The notes: generated by a model from the sequence alone, not told the origin. 64,000 bases of DNA from Rhodanobacter sp. (GCA_044464225.1 JBIQLN010000005.1:31659-95658); one strand, 5' to 3'. Positions 9,445-19,421 are shown, counted from the first letter of the stretch. Made by a program: numbers and translations.

Positions 9445-11259
9445 TCAGTGTCCGTCGTGCGACGGAATGAACTGCTTGTCCACCGCTTCCGCGAGTTGAT
9501 CGGGCGGCAGCAGGCCTTGCGACAGGATGAAATCGTTGAACTGCTGCAGGTTGAACCTGTCGCCCAGCGCGATCTCGGTATGCGCACGCAACTGCAGGAT
9601 GCGCGAGTAACCATAGAAGTACGCGGTGGCCTGGCCCGGCGAGCGGAACATGAAGCGGTCCAGTTCCTCGCGCGCGAAGGCTTCGGAGATGCCGACATCG
9701 TTCACCAGGATGTCGTGCGCGCGCTGCTTCGTGATCAGGCCGAGGTTCAGCATCGGGTCGAGGAACGCCCGTGCGGCGCGCAGCAGGCGCAGTTGCAGCG
9801 CGATCATCTGCCCGCCCGCGGGTTCGTACGGCACCATCATCCATTCCGCGTACAGCGCCCAGCCCTCCACGTTGACGCTGTTGAATGCGAACAGCGAGCG
9901 CGCCAGCGACACGCCATGCTCCACCATCGCGGAGAACTGCAATTCGTGGCCGGGGCGGCCTTCATGCGCGGTCAGCGTCCAGGCGCAGGCCTTGCAGGTG
10001 AAGTCGTCATACGCTTCGTTCTTGCCGTTGCCCGACGGCGGATTGCCGAGCGGCAGCACGAACGCGCCGCGCTCGCCGTGGTTGTTGATCAGCGGGGGCG
10101 GGTCCATGTGCGGCGCGGGCTGCGCGGCGCTTTCGGCCTCGGACGCGAGGCGCATGATCATCTTGCGTTTGGGCAGCGTGACGATGTGCTGGTCACGGAT
10201 GATCGCCTCGATCCTGTCGATCACCGTCTGGTAGTACGGCTCGATATTGTTGCGGTCGAGCTGCTGCTTCTTGAGGTCCTTGATGACGGCGCGGTAGTCG
10301 GTGGTGGGCGCGAAGCCTTCCGCCTTGGCGACGTAGGGCGCCAGGGTTTCCATCTGCGCCTGGATTTCCATGAAGGACCGTTCGGCCTGCCTGATCAACT
10401 CCTGCGGCGGAATGTCGATGCCGACATTCTTCAAGTTGTCCGCATAGACCGGCTCGGGCAGGCGCGCATCGGTCCGCGCGCGCGGCAACACCGTGGCTTT
10501 CACCCACGCGGTGTAGTCGTCCAGTTGCTTCTGCAGCGCATCCAGGGCGGCGTCGGCGCCCTTGATCCCGTACTTCGCATACAGCTTGCGGATGCCGTCG
10601 ACGTAACGCTGCGTGTTGGCGAGGTTCTGTTCCACCTCGGCCTTGTACGGGCCCAGCAGCTTCCTGTTGCCGGCCTTGGCTTCGAACAACGCCTCGGCTT
10701 CTTTCGTGACCGGCGTGCAGCCGGGCGCCATGCCGACGTAGCACTCCAGGCGCGCCAGCGCATGTGGCCGGCGGTCGGCTGCGACCTGATCCTGCAGCAG
10801 GCCGAACTCGCCCTGGAAAATCGTCTGCCCGACATCCGTGTAGGGCAGCATGTACTGATCCTGCAACCTGCTGCTTTCGATGAAGCGGTCGGCCGCGTGG
10901 ATCATGATTTCCAGATCCTCGCGGACATTCGCGTCGGTGGTCTTGGCAAGATCGGCCTTCAGGGTGTCGCGCGCCCTGGTGAGCGCCTCGCGCGAACGCA
11001 CGTCGACGTTGGGCTTGAGGTCGACGACCTTGTCGTCGTAACCCGGCAGGCCGAATTGCGAGGCAAATTCGGGGTTGAATTCGGCCAGTGTCTTCAGCAG
11101 TACCTGCGCGTACGCGTTGCTTTGCGCGACCCATGCAGGCGGCGGCACCGGCGGATGGTCCGGACGGCGGTCCGGCTTGGCCGACGAGGGCGGCGCGGCG
11201 AAGGCGATCGGGGCGGTGAGCGCAAACGCGGCAATGGCGGCAAGGCTTCGCTTGAACAT
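9445..11259 (-). CDS. DUF885-family secreted protein (putative metallopeptidase-like)
   Basis: 604 aa with signal peptide MFKRSLAAIAAFALTAPIAFA. Carries the conserved HEGRPGHELQ motif and the length typical of DUF885 (family name from memory). Confidence 0.85.
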   Translation of the reverse strand: MFKRSLAAIAAFALTAPIAFAAPPSSAKPDRRPDHPPVPPPAWVAQSNAYAQVLLKTLAEFNPEFASQFGLPGYDDKVVDLKPNVDVRSREALTRARDTLKADLAKTTDANVREDLEIMIHAADRFIESSRLQDQYMLPYTDVGQTIFQGEFGLLQDQVAADRRPHALARLECYVGMAPGCTPVTKEAEALFEAKAGNRKLLGPYKAEVEQNLANTQRYVDGIRKLYAKYGIKGADAALDALQKQLDDYTAWVKATVLPRARTDARLPEPVYADNLKNVGIDIPPQELIRQAERSFMEIQAQMETLAPYVAKAEGFAPTTDYRAVIKDLKKQQLDRNNIEPYYQTVIDRIEAIIRDQHIVTLPKRKMIMRLASEAESAAQPAPHMDPPPLINNHGERGAFVLPLGNPPSGNGKNEAYDDFTCKACAWTLTAHEGRPGHELQFSAMVEHGVSLARSLFAFNSVNVEGWALYAEWMMVPYEPAGGQMIALQLRLLRAARAFLDPMLNLGLITKQRAHDILVNDVGISEAFAREELDRFMFRSPGQATAYFYGYSRILQLRAHTEIALGDRFNLQQFNDFILSQGLLPPDQLAEAVDKQFIPSHDGH

Positions 11260-11387
11260 GACGGTTCTCCGCTTGTGTCGTCGGACACTAGCACGCTTCG
11301 GCGAGGACAGGATGAGCCGGAAGTCAGTCGCGCCGGGTGGCTACAATCGCCGTTTGGCTGGTGGAGCATGGCGTGTCCGGTTCCCGA

Positions 11388-11777
11388 ATGGTGGTGCGTG
11401 GCGGCGGTTGCCATTGCGGCGCGGTGCGCTTCGAAACTCGCGTGGCGCCCCGGCCCCTGCTGCAGGCATGCACGTGTTCGATCTGCCGGATGACCGGCTA
11501 CGTGCACCTGATCGTGCCGGCCTCGCGGTTTCGCTTGATACGGGGTGCCGACGCGTTGACCGAGTACCGCTTCAATACCGGCGTGGCGCGTCACCTGTTC
11601 TGCCGGCATTGCGGCGTCAAGTCGTTCTACGTGCCGCGCTCGCACCCACATGGCTACAGCATCAATGCGCGGTGTCTCGACGATGACGTGCTGGCCGATT
11701 GCGAATGGTTGCCGCCGTTCGATGATGCGGACCGGGACGCCGCGACCGCCGCCGTGGCCCATCTGGCCGACGACTGA
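11388..11777 (+). CDS. GFA-family (glutathione-dependent formaldehyde-activating / CENP-V-like) zinc protein
   Basis: Cys pattern GGCHCGAVRF ... CTCSIC ... CRHCG. Start placed at the internal ATG (MVVRGGGCHCG), but the upstream ATG at 11337 is possible. Confidence 0.8.
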   Translation: MVVRGGGCHCGAVRFETRVAPRPLLQACTCSICRMTGYVHLIVPASRFRLIRGADALTEYRFNTGVARHLFCRHCGVKSFYVPRSHPHGYSINARCLDDDVLADCEWLPPFDDADRDAATAAVAHLADD

Positions 11778-11781
11778 GGCA

Positions 11782-12654
11782 TCAGGGCGCGAATGCGCTC
11801 GCGTAGGCGGGTTTCAGGAATCTCGCGAACACGCGGGCCGGGACGTCCACGGTTTGCGTGCCATACACGTACGGGGCGACCTGGTACGGCGGGAAGATCA
11901 GGGTAAGCCCCGGGCTTGCAGCGTCCGGTGTCGTGCCCGCGCGCACCGCGAAAACCGAGTAATTGACACGGGTCGGCTTGGTGCCGTCGCCGAGCATTTG
12001 CGTCATGTTGGCCTTCCAGTCGCGGATGGCTTCGGGTGACCCGTTGCCCGATTTGGGTGCATTCGCCATGAACTTCTTCAGCAGCGTGTCGTGCGCGAAA
12101 TTGGCGAGCGCGGTGCGTGCCGCGTCCGGATCGGTGAACAAGTCGTCCAGCGCGATCAGCTTGCCGGCCTTGCGGTCGAACACGAACGCCGCTTCCACCG
12201 GAATGGGGTGCGCACCCCCGGTATCCTGCATGCCGGTTTCGCGCACGCTTGTGAAAGCAGGCGTGTTCGCTGCGACCTCGAAGCGCAATTGCATTTCGAA
12301 CTGCCGATCGGCGAATTCCGGCATCTGCTTCGGATCGGGCAACGCGTCGAGAAAATCGCGCTTGGCATGGTCGGCGGTCGTGCGCAGCGCGTCGGCGAGC
12401 GGCTTTTCGTTGGCCGGCAGCGTCGGCAGGTCGATCGCCAACCTGTAATGGCGCGTGGTGGCGTGGTCACCGGGCAGGTTCGCCATGGAGGCGCTGGCGG
12501 GCGCCGGCGGTGGAATCACCGGTGTCGAGGCGTTCGCGGCCGACATCGCGGCTGCCGCACTCGACGAAACGTCGCTTTCCGATTGCCGCCCGCATGCCGC
12601 CAGTGCGATGACGGCCAGCACGGCGACCAGGCAGAGGGGCGGCAGCGGTTTCAT
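11782..12654 (-). CDS. Lipoprotein with DUF3298/DUF4163-like (RsiV/PdaC C-terminal-like) domain
   Basis: Trimmed to MKPLPPLCLVAVLAVIALAAC (lipobox LAAC). Core TSVRETGMQDTGGAHPIPVEAAFVFDRKAGKLIALDDLF matches the DUF3298 pattern as I recall it. Confidence 0.75.
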   Translation of the reverse strand: MKPLPPLCLVAVLAVIALAACGRQSESDVSSSAAAAMSAANASTPVIPPPAPASASMANLPGDHATTRHYRLAIDLPTLPANEKPLADALRTTADHAKRDFLDALPDPKQMPEFADRQFEMQLRFEVAANTPAFTSVRETGMQDTGGAHPIPVEAAFVFDRKAGKLIALDDLFTDPDAARTALANFAHDTLLKKFMANAPKSGNGSPEAIRDWKANMTQMLGDGTKPTRVNYSVFAVRAGTTPDAASPGLTLIFPPYQVAPYVYGTQTVDVPARVFARFLKPAYASAFAP

Positions 12655-12748
12655 GGTCGGGGCTCGGCGGAAATGAAGGGCGAGTCTAGGTGGCGCTGCG
12701 TTAAGCATTTGCTGTCATGGCAACCCCTGGATTGCCTATCATTGCGGG

Positions 12749-13744
12749 ATGGCATTGCCGCAAACCAACGCGTGGCGCCTGTGCGTGGCGCCCATGATGG
12801 ACTGGACCGACCGGCACTGCCGGTACTTCCATCGCCTGCTCGCTCCGCACGCGCGCCTCTACACCGAAATGGTGACCGCGGCGGCGCTGGTGCGGGGCGA
12901 GCGGACGCACCTGCTCGCCCACAGCCCGGAAGAACATCCGGTGGCGCTGCAGCTGGGCGGTGCCGATCCGGCCGAGCTGGCCCAGGCCGCGGTCTACGGA
13001 GAGCAAGCGGGCTTCGACGAGATCAACCTCAACGTCGGGTGTCCCTCCGACCGCGTGCAGTCGGGGCGCTTCGGTGCGTGCCTGATGCGCGAGCCCGAGT
13101 TGGTGGCGGATTGTGTCCGCGCGATGCGCGAAACGGTCCGGGTGCCCGTCACGGTGAAATGCCGGATCGGCGTGGACGACCAGGACGACGACAAGGATTT
13201 GTTCGCGTTCGCCGCGCGCATGCTCGACGCCGGCGTGCGGATATTGATGGTGCACGCGCGCAAGGCCTGGTTGCAGGGCCTGTCGCCGAAGCAGAACCGC
13301 GAAGTGCCGCCGCTCAACTATTCGCGCGTGTACCGGCTGAAGCAGGAATTCCCCACGCTCGGAGTCATCATCAACGGCGGCATCGATGGCCTGCCCGCGG
13401 TCGAAGGGCACCTGCGGCACGTTGACGGCGTAATGCTTGGGCGGCTCGCGTACCACGACCCTTATGCGCTCGCCCGCATCGATGCCGCGCTGTACGGCGG
13501 CGCAGCACCGGCCCGCGACGCCGTGCTTCGCGCCATGCGGCCGTACATCGAAGCCGAGCGTGCGCGGGGCGTGCGGCTGGCGTCGGTCGCGCGCCACCTG
13601 TTGGGGCTGTACCACGGCCAACCCGGCGGCAAGGCGTTCCGGCGGGTGCTGTCGGAACGGGCGCGTGCCGAAGCCGCGGGTTGGGAGGCCGTGGAGGCGG
13701 CGCTGACACAGGTCGGGGGAGCAACGGTGCGGGCGGTGGCCTGA
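12749..13744 (+). CDS. dusA: tRNA dihydrouridine(20/20a) synthase DusA
   Basis: N-terminus CVAPMMDWTDRHCRYFHRLL, then NLNVGCPS and the TIM-barrel Dus motifs. 331 aa. Confidence 0.92.
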   Translation: MALPQTNAWRLCVAPMMDWTDRHCRYFHRLLAPHARLYTEMVTAAALVRGERTHLLAHSPEEHPVALQLGGADPAELAQAAVYGEQAGFDEINLNVGCPSDRVQSGRFGACLMREPELVADCVRAMRETVRVPVTVKCRIGVDDQDDDKDLFAFAARMLDAGVRILMVHARKAWLQGLSPKQNREVPPLNYSRVYRLKQEFPTLGVIINGGIDGLPAVEGHLRHVDGVMLGRLAYHDPYALARIDAALYGGAAPARDAVLRAMRPYIEAERARGVRLASVARHLLGLYHGQPGGKAFRRVLSERARAEAAGWEAVEAALTQVGGATVRAVA

Positions 13745-13853
13745 TGGAAGCATAGCCCGATGTGCGGTTCCGGCGGCCTTCGGGCGATGTTCAGCACGAA
13801 TTCAATGGGCTGCAGGATGATCGTTGCTTTGAAGGTTCGCGAATCGAGCGTCG

Positions 13854-14195
13854 ATGGCCATGAAAGTCCGCAACGTTGCGTGGGCGCTGGGGTGTGCGCT
13901 GCTGTGCGCCACGCCCGCCTTCGCGCGCAAGCCGCCGCCGCACTCGGCACCCACGGCACCCGCACAGGCTCCGGTGACGCTGGAGCAGGCGGTCAAGCAG
14001 GTGCAACGCCAGACCCACGGCCACATCCTTGCCACCGATACGGTCACGCGTGGCAAGACCAACGTGTACCGCATCAAGGTGTTGACGCCGCAAGGCGAGG
14101 TGCGGGTGGTGCAAATGCATTCGAACGCGCGGATGCAATCCGATCGGGGCAGATCCGGCTCCGGCAAATCCGATTCTGATCAAGGAGGGCACTGA
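13854..14195 (+). CDS. Small secreted PepSY-domain protein
   Basis: Signal peptide MAMKVRNVAWALGCALLCATPAFA. PepSY-like core VTLEQAVKQVQRQTHGHILATDTVTRGKTNVYRIKVLTPQGEVRVVQMH. Its TGA stop shares one base with the phoP ATG. Confidence 0.7.
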   Translation: MAMKVRNVAWALGCALLCATPAFARKPPPHSAPTAPAQAPVTLEQAVKQVQRQTHGHILATDTVTRGKTNVYRIKVLTPQGEVRVVQMHSNARMQSDRGRSGSGKSDSDQGGH

Positions 14196-14890
14196 TGCGC
14201 ATCCTGTTGGTGGAAGACGAAGCGCCGCTGCGCGAAACGCTGGCCGCGCGCCTGAAACGTGACGGGTTTGCGGTGGATGCCGCCGCGGACGGCGAGGAAG
14301 GGCTGTACCTCGGCCGCGAGGTGCCGTTCGATCTCGCGATCGTGGACCTCGGCCTGCCCAAGCTCTCCGGTATGGAGCTGGTGGAAATCCTGCGCAAGGA
14401 AGGCCACAGCTACCCCATCCTCATCCTCACCGCCCGCTCGTCGTGGCAGGACAAGGTGGAAGGCCTCAAGTTCGGTGCTGACGATTACCTGGTGAAACCT
14501 TTCCATGTCGAGGAACTCCTGGCACGCATCAACGCGCTGGTGCGACGCGCGTCCGGTTGGGCCAAGCCGGTCCTGTCATGCGGGCCGATCCGCCTCGACA
14601 CCACTGCGCAGACGGTCACGGTCGAGGGCAAGCCGACCGACCTCACCAGCTACGAATACAAGGTGCTGGAGTACCTGATGCTGCACGCGGGCGAACTGGT
14701 GTCCAAGGCCGACCTGACCGAGCACATCTACCAGCAGGATTTCGACCGCGATTCGAACGTGCTGGAAGTGTTTATCGGCCGCCTGCGCCGCAAGCTGGAC
14801 CCGGAAAGCAGCATGAAGCCGATCGAAACCGTGCGCGGTCGAGGCTACCGTTTCGCGATTCCGCGCGACGAAACGGTGACCGAACAGTAA
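14195..14890 (+). CDS. phoP: OmpR-family response regulator PhoP
   Basis: Receiver domain (MRILLVEDE, DLAIVDLGLP, ILILTAR) plus winged helix (TVRGRGYRF). Close to Xanthomonas PhoP as I remember it. Confidence 0.88.
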   Translation: MRILLVEDEAPLRETLAARLKRDGFAVDAAADGEEGLYLGREVPFDLAIVDLGLPKLSGMELVEILRKEGHSYPILILTARSSWQDKVEGLKFGADDYLVKPFHVEELLARINALVRRASGWAKPVLSCGPIRLDTTAQTVTVEGKPTDLTSYEYKVLEYLMLHAGELVSKADLTEHIYQQDFDRDSNVLEVFIGRLRRKLDPESSMKPIETVRGRGYRFAIPRDETVTEQ

Positions 14891-14978
14891 CGCACGTTTG
14901 CAGTTGCACGCCCACGCCGTCCGGGGCGATGATGCCGGCGATCGCGGTTCGAGCGAGCCGCGCAAGGTTTCGAGCACC

Positions 14979-16403
14979 ATGGTTTCCGAGACCACCGCGT
15001 CGCGCCGACCGCTGTCGCTGGTCTCGCGCTCGACCATCGCCACCTTGCTGGTGCTGATCGGTTTTCTCGGCATCACCGGCTTCGCGCTGGACCGCGCCTA
15101 CGCGCATGCGGCGCTGGAAGGGTTGCGCGCGCAACTGCAGAGCTACGCGTACACCTATCTCGCTGGCATCGACGTCAGCAGCCGATCCGATCGCGTCAGC
15201 AGCCGCGCCGCCCGGGTGATTCCGCCCGACATGCCGCCGCCCAATCCGGATTTCGGACGGCCGGGCTCCGGGTTGTATGCCGTGATCGTCGGCCAGGACG
15301 GGTTTCGCTGGGAAGCCCAGTCGGCGCTGGGTCGCGACCTCCCCTTTCGCGACCTGTTGCCACCGGGGCCCGCGAAATTCGAGGGGCCGATACAAACCTC
15401 GGCCGGCCCGCTGTATGTGCTCAGCCAGGGTATCGATTGGGTATTGCAGGGCGACAACAGCTATCACCTCACCATCTACATCGGCGAGAACGACGCTCTG
15501 TTCCACAACGGCCTCGCGGCCTATCGCCGCACCCTTTTCAGTTGGCTGGGCGCGCTGGGACTGGCTTTGCTCGTATTGCAGCAGATCCTGTTGCGCTGGA
15601 GCTTTTCGCCGCTGCGGCGGGTCGCGCGCGACATCGCCCGCATCGAGCGCGGCGGCGCCGAGCGCCTGACGGGCCCGTATCCGCGCGAAGTGTCGGTACT
15701 GACGCGCGGCCTTAATCGTTTCATCGAAAGCGAGCGCGAGCACCTGACGCGTTACCGCAACACGCTCGACGACCTTGCGCACAGCCTCAAGACACCGCTG
15801 GCGGTGGCGCGCTCGAGACTGGAATCCGACGAGTCCGAAGGCGACCTGCGGGCGGAGCTGCAGGCACAGGTCCAGCACATGGATCAGATCGTCGCCTACC
15901 AGTTGGCGCGCGCCAAGACGTCCGGCCATTCGACCTTCGCGGCGCCCATCACCGTGCAGAACCATGCCGAAGCCGTGGTGCGCAGCCTCGAGCGCGTGTA
16001 CTCGCGCAAGAACATCCTGTGCGAATTCGATCTCGACGAAAATGCGCGTTTCTATGGCGAGGAAGGCGACCTGCTGGAACTTCTGGGCAACCTGCTGGAG
16101 AACGCGTTCAAGTGGGCCAACCACCGGGTGCTGCTCAGCGTCAAAAGCATTTCGCCGGGCAACCCCAAGGCGTGGCGCACCGGACTGGACGTGCGGGTGG
16201 AAGACGACGGGCCCGGCATCCCGCCCGAGCAACTCGAGCGCGTGCTGCAACGCGGGGTGCGCGGCGACGAACGCGTGCAGGGGCACGGCATCGGGCTGGC
16301 CATCGTGGAGGACATCGTGCGCGCGTATCGCGGCACGCTGGAAGTGGACCGCTCGACCGAGTTGGGCGGTGCGTGCTTCCACGTCCGCTTTGCGGAAATG
16401 TGA
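14979..16403 (+). CDS. phoQ: Sensor histidine kinase PhoQ
   Basis: Trimmed to MVSETTASRRPLSL. Two TM segments flank a periplasmic domain. H-box LDDLAHSLKTPLAV, N-box LLGNLLENAFKWA, G-boxes DDGPGIP and GHGIGLAIV. Confidence 0.85.
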   Translation: MVSETTASRRPLSLVSRSTIATLLVLIGFLGITGFALDRAYAHAALEGLRAQLQSYAYTYLAGIDVSSRSDRVSSRAARVIPPDMPPPNPDFGRPGSGLYAVIVGQDGFRWEAQSALGRDLPFRDLLPPGPAKFEGPIQTSAGPLYVLSQGIDWVLQGDNSYHLTIYIGENDALFHNGLAAYRRTLFSWLGALGLALLVLQQILLRWSFSPLRRVARDIARIERGGAERLTGPYPREVSVLTRGLNRFIESEREHLTRYRNTLDDLAHSLKTPLAVARSRLESDESEGDLRAELQAQVQHMDQIVAYQLARAKTSGHSTFAAPITVQNHAEAVVRSLERVYSRKNILCEFDLDENARFYGEEGDLLELLGNLLENAFKWANHRVLLSVKSISPGNPKAWRTGLDVRVEDDGPGIPPEQLERVLQRGVRGDERVQGHGIGLAIVEDIVRAYRGTLEVDRSTELGGACFHVRFAEM

Positions 16404-16424
16404 GGGTGGCGCCGCGGCCTGGTG

Positions 16425-16796
16425 TTACTGGATCGAGCCCGGCAACAACGATTGCCAGGTGGCCGGACCCGGGGCGGGCTGCTCGGGGTTAATGCCGCGT
16501 GCGTTGTTGCTGGCGGTCGGGCCGCGCGGGGGCGCCGTCGCGGCGCGTGCCGCCACGGGAGGTGTCATGCGCGGCTCTGCGGGCATGGGGGCGGGGTTCT
16601 CGACACTGGCGGCCGCCATCACGTCCGGCTTGGGCACTGCGCCGCCCGGTGCATCGCGCTGCTGCAACACGGGCAACTGCGGCGCGCCGTTTTCGGCAGC
16701 AAGCAGGGTGCGATTCGGGCCATAATCGAACGCTGCCGCGGTGAGCGGCAGGCCACCCAGCAGCAACACCGTCAGCCACAACGGCAGGTGTTTCAT
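16425..16796 (-). CDS. Small secreted Pro/Ala-rich hypothetical protein
   Basis: Trimmed to MKHLPLWLTVLLLGGLPLTAAA (signal peptide). 123 aa of low complexity. Convergent with phoQ and divergent from birA. Confidence 0.5.
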   Translation of the reverse strand: MKHLPLWLTVLLLGGLPLTAAAFDYGPNRTLLAAENGAPQLPVLQQRDAPGGAVPKPDVMAAASVENPAPMPAEPRMTPPVAARAATAPPRGPTASNNARGINPEQPAPGPATWQSLLPGSIQ

Positions 16797-16895
16797 GACA
16801 GCCCCCGGAATCAGTGCATGTCGAATTTCCATCTTGACACATCCGGACCCCGGTCGCCAGCGCGTGCCAAACCGGTTCCACAGCCGGATCCGGAC

Positions 16896-17864
16896 ATGCC
16901 GCCGATGCTGGTCTTGCTGGCTGCCGGCCGGGCCATGACGGGGCCGGAACTGGCATCGGAACTCGGGGTTTCGCGGGCGGCGGTGTGGAAACAGATCGAA
17001 ACCTGGCGCAAGGCCGGGCTCGAGGTCGATTCCGGCCCCGGCGGCTATCGGCTTGCGCGCCCCCTGGAGCTGCTGGACGTCGGGCGGGTCCGCGCGGCCT
17101 TGCCGGAGCCTGCGCGGCGTCGGCTCGGTACGCTCGAGAACCACTGGCGGCTGGATTCGACCTCCAGCGAGCTGGCCCGTCGCGCTTCAGGACTGCCGGA
17201 TCTGTCGTTCGTGTTCGCCGATTGGCAGCAGGCCGGGAGGGGACGCCGTGGCCGCCAGTGGTTGTCGCCCCCGGCCCTGAACCTGCAGTTCTCCTGCCTG
17301 AAACGCTTCGCCGGCGGTTATGCCGGATTGTCGGGGCTGTCGCTGTCGGCCGGCGTCGCTGCTGCGCAGGCGCTGGAAGATTGCGGTGTGGCCGACGTCG
17401 CCTTGAAGTGGCCGAACGATCTCGTCCACCACCACGATGAGGCGAAGCTCGGTGGCATCCTGGTCGAATTGGGCGGCGAATTCATGGGCCCGTGCCATGC
17501 CATCATCGGCATCGGCATCAACGTGTATCTGCCCGGGCGCGTGCGGGCAGCGCTGGCGCGACCCTGCACGGATCTCGCGCGCCTGTGCGGTGGCGGTGCG
17601 CCGTCGCGAAACGTGCTGGCGACCGCGCTGATCGCACGCCTCATCGTGGCGCTGGACACTTTCGATGCGTCGGGGTTTGCGGCTTTTGCGCCGGCGTGGA
17701 CGAAGCGAGATGCCCTCGCCGGCCGCCGGATCCGCGTGGAAGGTGCGCACGGCACCTTCGACGGCGTCGCCGCGGGCGTGGACGAGCGCGGCGCATTGCG
17801 CGTGCGCACCCGCGAGGGCGTGCGGGTGATGGATAGCGCCGAAGTCACGGTACGACCCGGGTGA
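16896..17864 (+). CDS. birA: Bifunctional biotin-[acetyl-CoA-carboxylase] ligase / biotin operon repressor BirA
   Basis: Trimmed to MPPMLVLLAAG. N-terminal HTH (GPELASELGVSRAAVWKQIETWRKAGLEV) and biotin-ligase motif QQAGRGRRGRQW. Confidence 0.88.
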   Translation: MPPMLVLLAAGRAMTGPELASELGVSRAAVWKQIETWRKAGLEVDSGPGGYRLARPLELLDVGRVRAALPEPARRRLGTLENHWRLDSTSSELARRASGLPDLSFVFADWQQAGRGRRGRQWLSPPALNLQFSCLKRFAGGYAGLSGLSLSAGVAAAQALEDCGVADVALKWPNDLVHHHDEAKLGGILVELGGEFMGPCHAIIGIGINVYLPGRVRAALARPCTDLARLCGGGAPSRNVLATALIARLIVALDTFDASGFAAFAPAWTKRDALAGRRIRVEGAHGTFDGVAAGVDERGALRVRTREGVRVMDSAEVTVRPG

Positions 17865-18640
17865 ACGCGCGCGACCGCGAAACGTGGTTGCTCGACCTGG
17901 GCAACTCGCGCGCCAAGCTGGCGCGGCTGGCGGGTGGCGAACCCGCCGATGTCACCGCCCTGGACTGGACACAGCCGGATTTCGTGGGCCAGGTGCGTCG
18001 ACTCGTCGCGCGATGGCCGCAACCGTCGCGGATCCTTGTCGCTTCCGTGGCGCGGGCCGACGTTGCCGAACGCGTGCGTGGGTTGTTGCCGGCGTCCGCG
18101 GGGGTGGAAATCGAATGGCTGCGCACGCCGCGGCGCGCTTGTGGCGTCAGCAATCGCTACGCGCGGCCGGAACGCCTCGGCATCGACCGCTTCCTGTCGA
18201 TGATTGCCATGCACGCGCGCACGCGCGGCGCCGGGATCGTGATCGGTTGCGGGACGGCCATGACGCTGGACGCGGTCGGCGCGGACGGTGAACACGCGGC
18301 CGGCCTGATCGCGCTGTCGCCCGGGCGGATGCTGGAGGCGCTGCGTGTCGAAACCGCGATCGCCGCCCGCAACCCGGATGCGTTTTCCGGCGACGGCGGC
18401 GATGACACCGCGGCCGCGCTGCAGGCGGGGTGCTGGTCCGCGGCCGGCGCGCTGGTCGAATGGTTCGCCGCACGCCAACGGCGTGACGGGATTGAGGTGC
18501 CGGTGTGGCTGCATGGCGGTTGGTCCGCGCCGCTGGCGGAATGGCTGGCGCGCGATGGATTCCGGACCGGCGTTTTCGAGCACGCCGTGCTGCATGGACT
18601 TGCGGTGTGGTCGACGGCAGCGCTTGGCAAGCACCCATGA
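17861..18640 (+). CDS. coaX: Type III pantothenate kinase
   Basis: GTG start overlaps the birA stop (GTGA). Motifs LLDLGNSRAK and GCGTAMTLD. The birA-coaX pairing is common. Confidence 0.88.
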   Translation: MNARDRETWLLDLGNSRAKLARLAGGEPADVTALDWTQPDFVGQVRRLVARWPQPSRILVASVARADVAERVRGLLPASAGVEIEWLRTPRRACGVSNRYARPERLGIDRFLSMIAMHARTRGAGIVIGCGTAMTLDAVGADGEHAAGLIALSPGRMLEALRVETAIAARNPDAFSGDGGDDTAAALQAGCWSAAGALVEWFAARQRRDGIEVPVWLHGGWSAPLAEWLARDGFRTGVFEHAVLHGLAVWSTAALGKHP

Positions 18641-18749
18641 CCGTGGTTACGTTGAGCGCCGTGGGGCCGCCGTGGACCTGCATGCCTGCGTCCCGGAGCG
18701 GCCTTCCGGGGTCTGGCTTTTCATCACCGTGTCGTCGGGTGGGAACTTG

Positions 18750-19421
18750 ATGTTCATCCGTTTGCTGTTCCTGCTGCTGGTGGCCTTGAACCTCGGCGCT
18801 GGTGCGTGGCTGGTGTTCGGGCGCACGCCAGCGCCCACGCTGCCGCCGGTCACCGATCCCGGAGTTCCCGAACTGCGGTTGCTGTCCGAAACGCACCGCC
18901 CGGTGCACGCCCGCAAGGTGCCCGCCGTGCCCGCGACGGCCGCGACGACCGCGCCCCATTCAGGCGATGCCTGCAGCACGCTGGGTCCGTTCATGACTGC
19001 CGTCGACATGCGCGCGGCCATGCAAGCGCTGTCGCCGCATGTCGCGCGCATCCAGTATCACGAGGAGGCAACCCCCCGCTCACACGGTTATTGGGTGTAC
19101 CTGCCCGCGGCGCCGGACCGGGAGGGCGCGCTCGACGCCGCGCGCCGGCTCGCCGACAAGGGCATCCATGATTACTACGTCGTGACCGCGGGCGATTCTC
19201 AGAACACCATTTCCCTCGGTCTGTTCAACGACCGGTCCAACGCCGAGAAGCGCCTCGCACAGTTGCAGGCGCTCGACTTTGCCGCCAAGGTCGAGCAACG
19301 CATCGATACCGAATCGGCGTACTGGATCGACTATGCCGTGCCGGCCGACGCAACGTTCGATTGGAAGGCGTGGCTGCCCGGCCGCAACGACCTGCAGTCG
19401 AAATCGATCGACTGCTTTTGA
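18750..19421 (+). CDS. SPOR-domain membrane protein
   Basis: Trimmed to MFIRLLFLLLVALNLGAGAWLVF (TM anchor). The C-terminal half has two SPOR-like repeats (YWVYLPAAPDREGALDAARRLADKG, ISLGLFNDRSNAEKRLAQLQ). Confidence 0.75.
   Translation: MFIRLLFLLLVALNLGAGAWLVFGRTPAPTLPPVTDPGVPELRLLSETHRPVHARKVPAVPATAATTAPHSGDACSTLGPFMTAVDMRAAMQALSPHVARIQYHEEATPRSHGYWVYLPAAPDREGALDAARRLADKGIHDYYVVTAGDSQNTISLGLFNDRSNAEKRLAQLQALDFAAKVEQRIDTESAYWIDYAVPADATFDWKAWLPGRNDLQSKSIDCF

Noticed and set aside
8961-9698. N-terminal 246-codon extension of the PEP-CTERM ORF
   Set aside because: The extension is Arg/Pro/Ser-rich, runs through hairpin-rich non-coding DNA and overlaps the DUF885 gene end. The internal ATG at 8960 gives a proper SD and signal peptide.
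9244-11493. 749-aa ORF antisense to the DUF885 gene
   Set aside because: Arg/Gly/Asp/Val-rich with no domain signature. The minus-strand protein has a signal peptide and the conserved DUF885 motif.
13788-13804. PhoP-box-like direct repeat TGTTCA-N5-AATTCA upstream of the PepSY-phoPQ operon
   Set aside because: Only the first half-site resembles the enterobacterial TGTTTA consensus. The second matches 3 of 6, which is too weak to call without a lineage-specific matrix.
16422-16895. 158-codon N-terminal extension of birA
   Set aside because: The extension is Arg/Gly-rich and overlaps the oppositely oriented secreted-protein gene. The BirA HTH begins right after the ATG at 16896.
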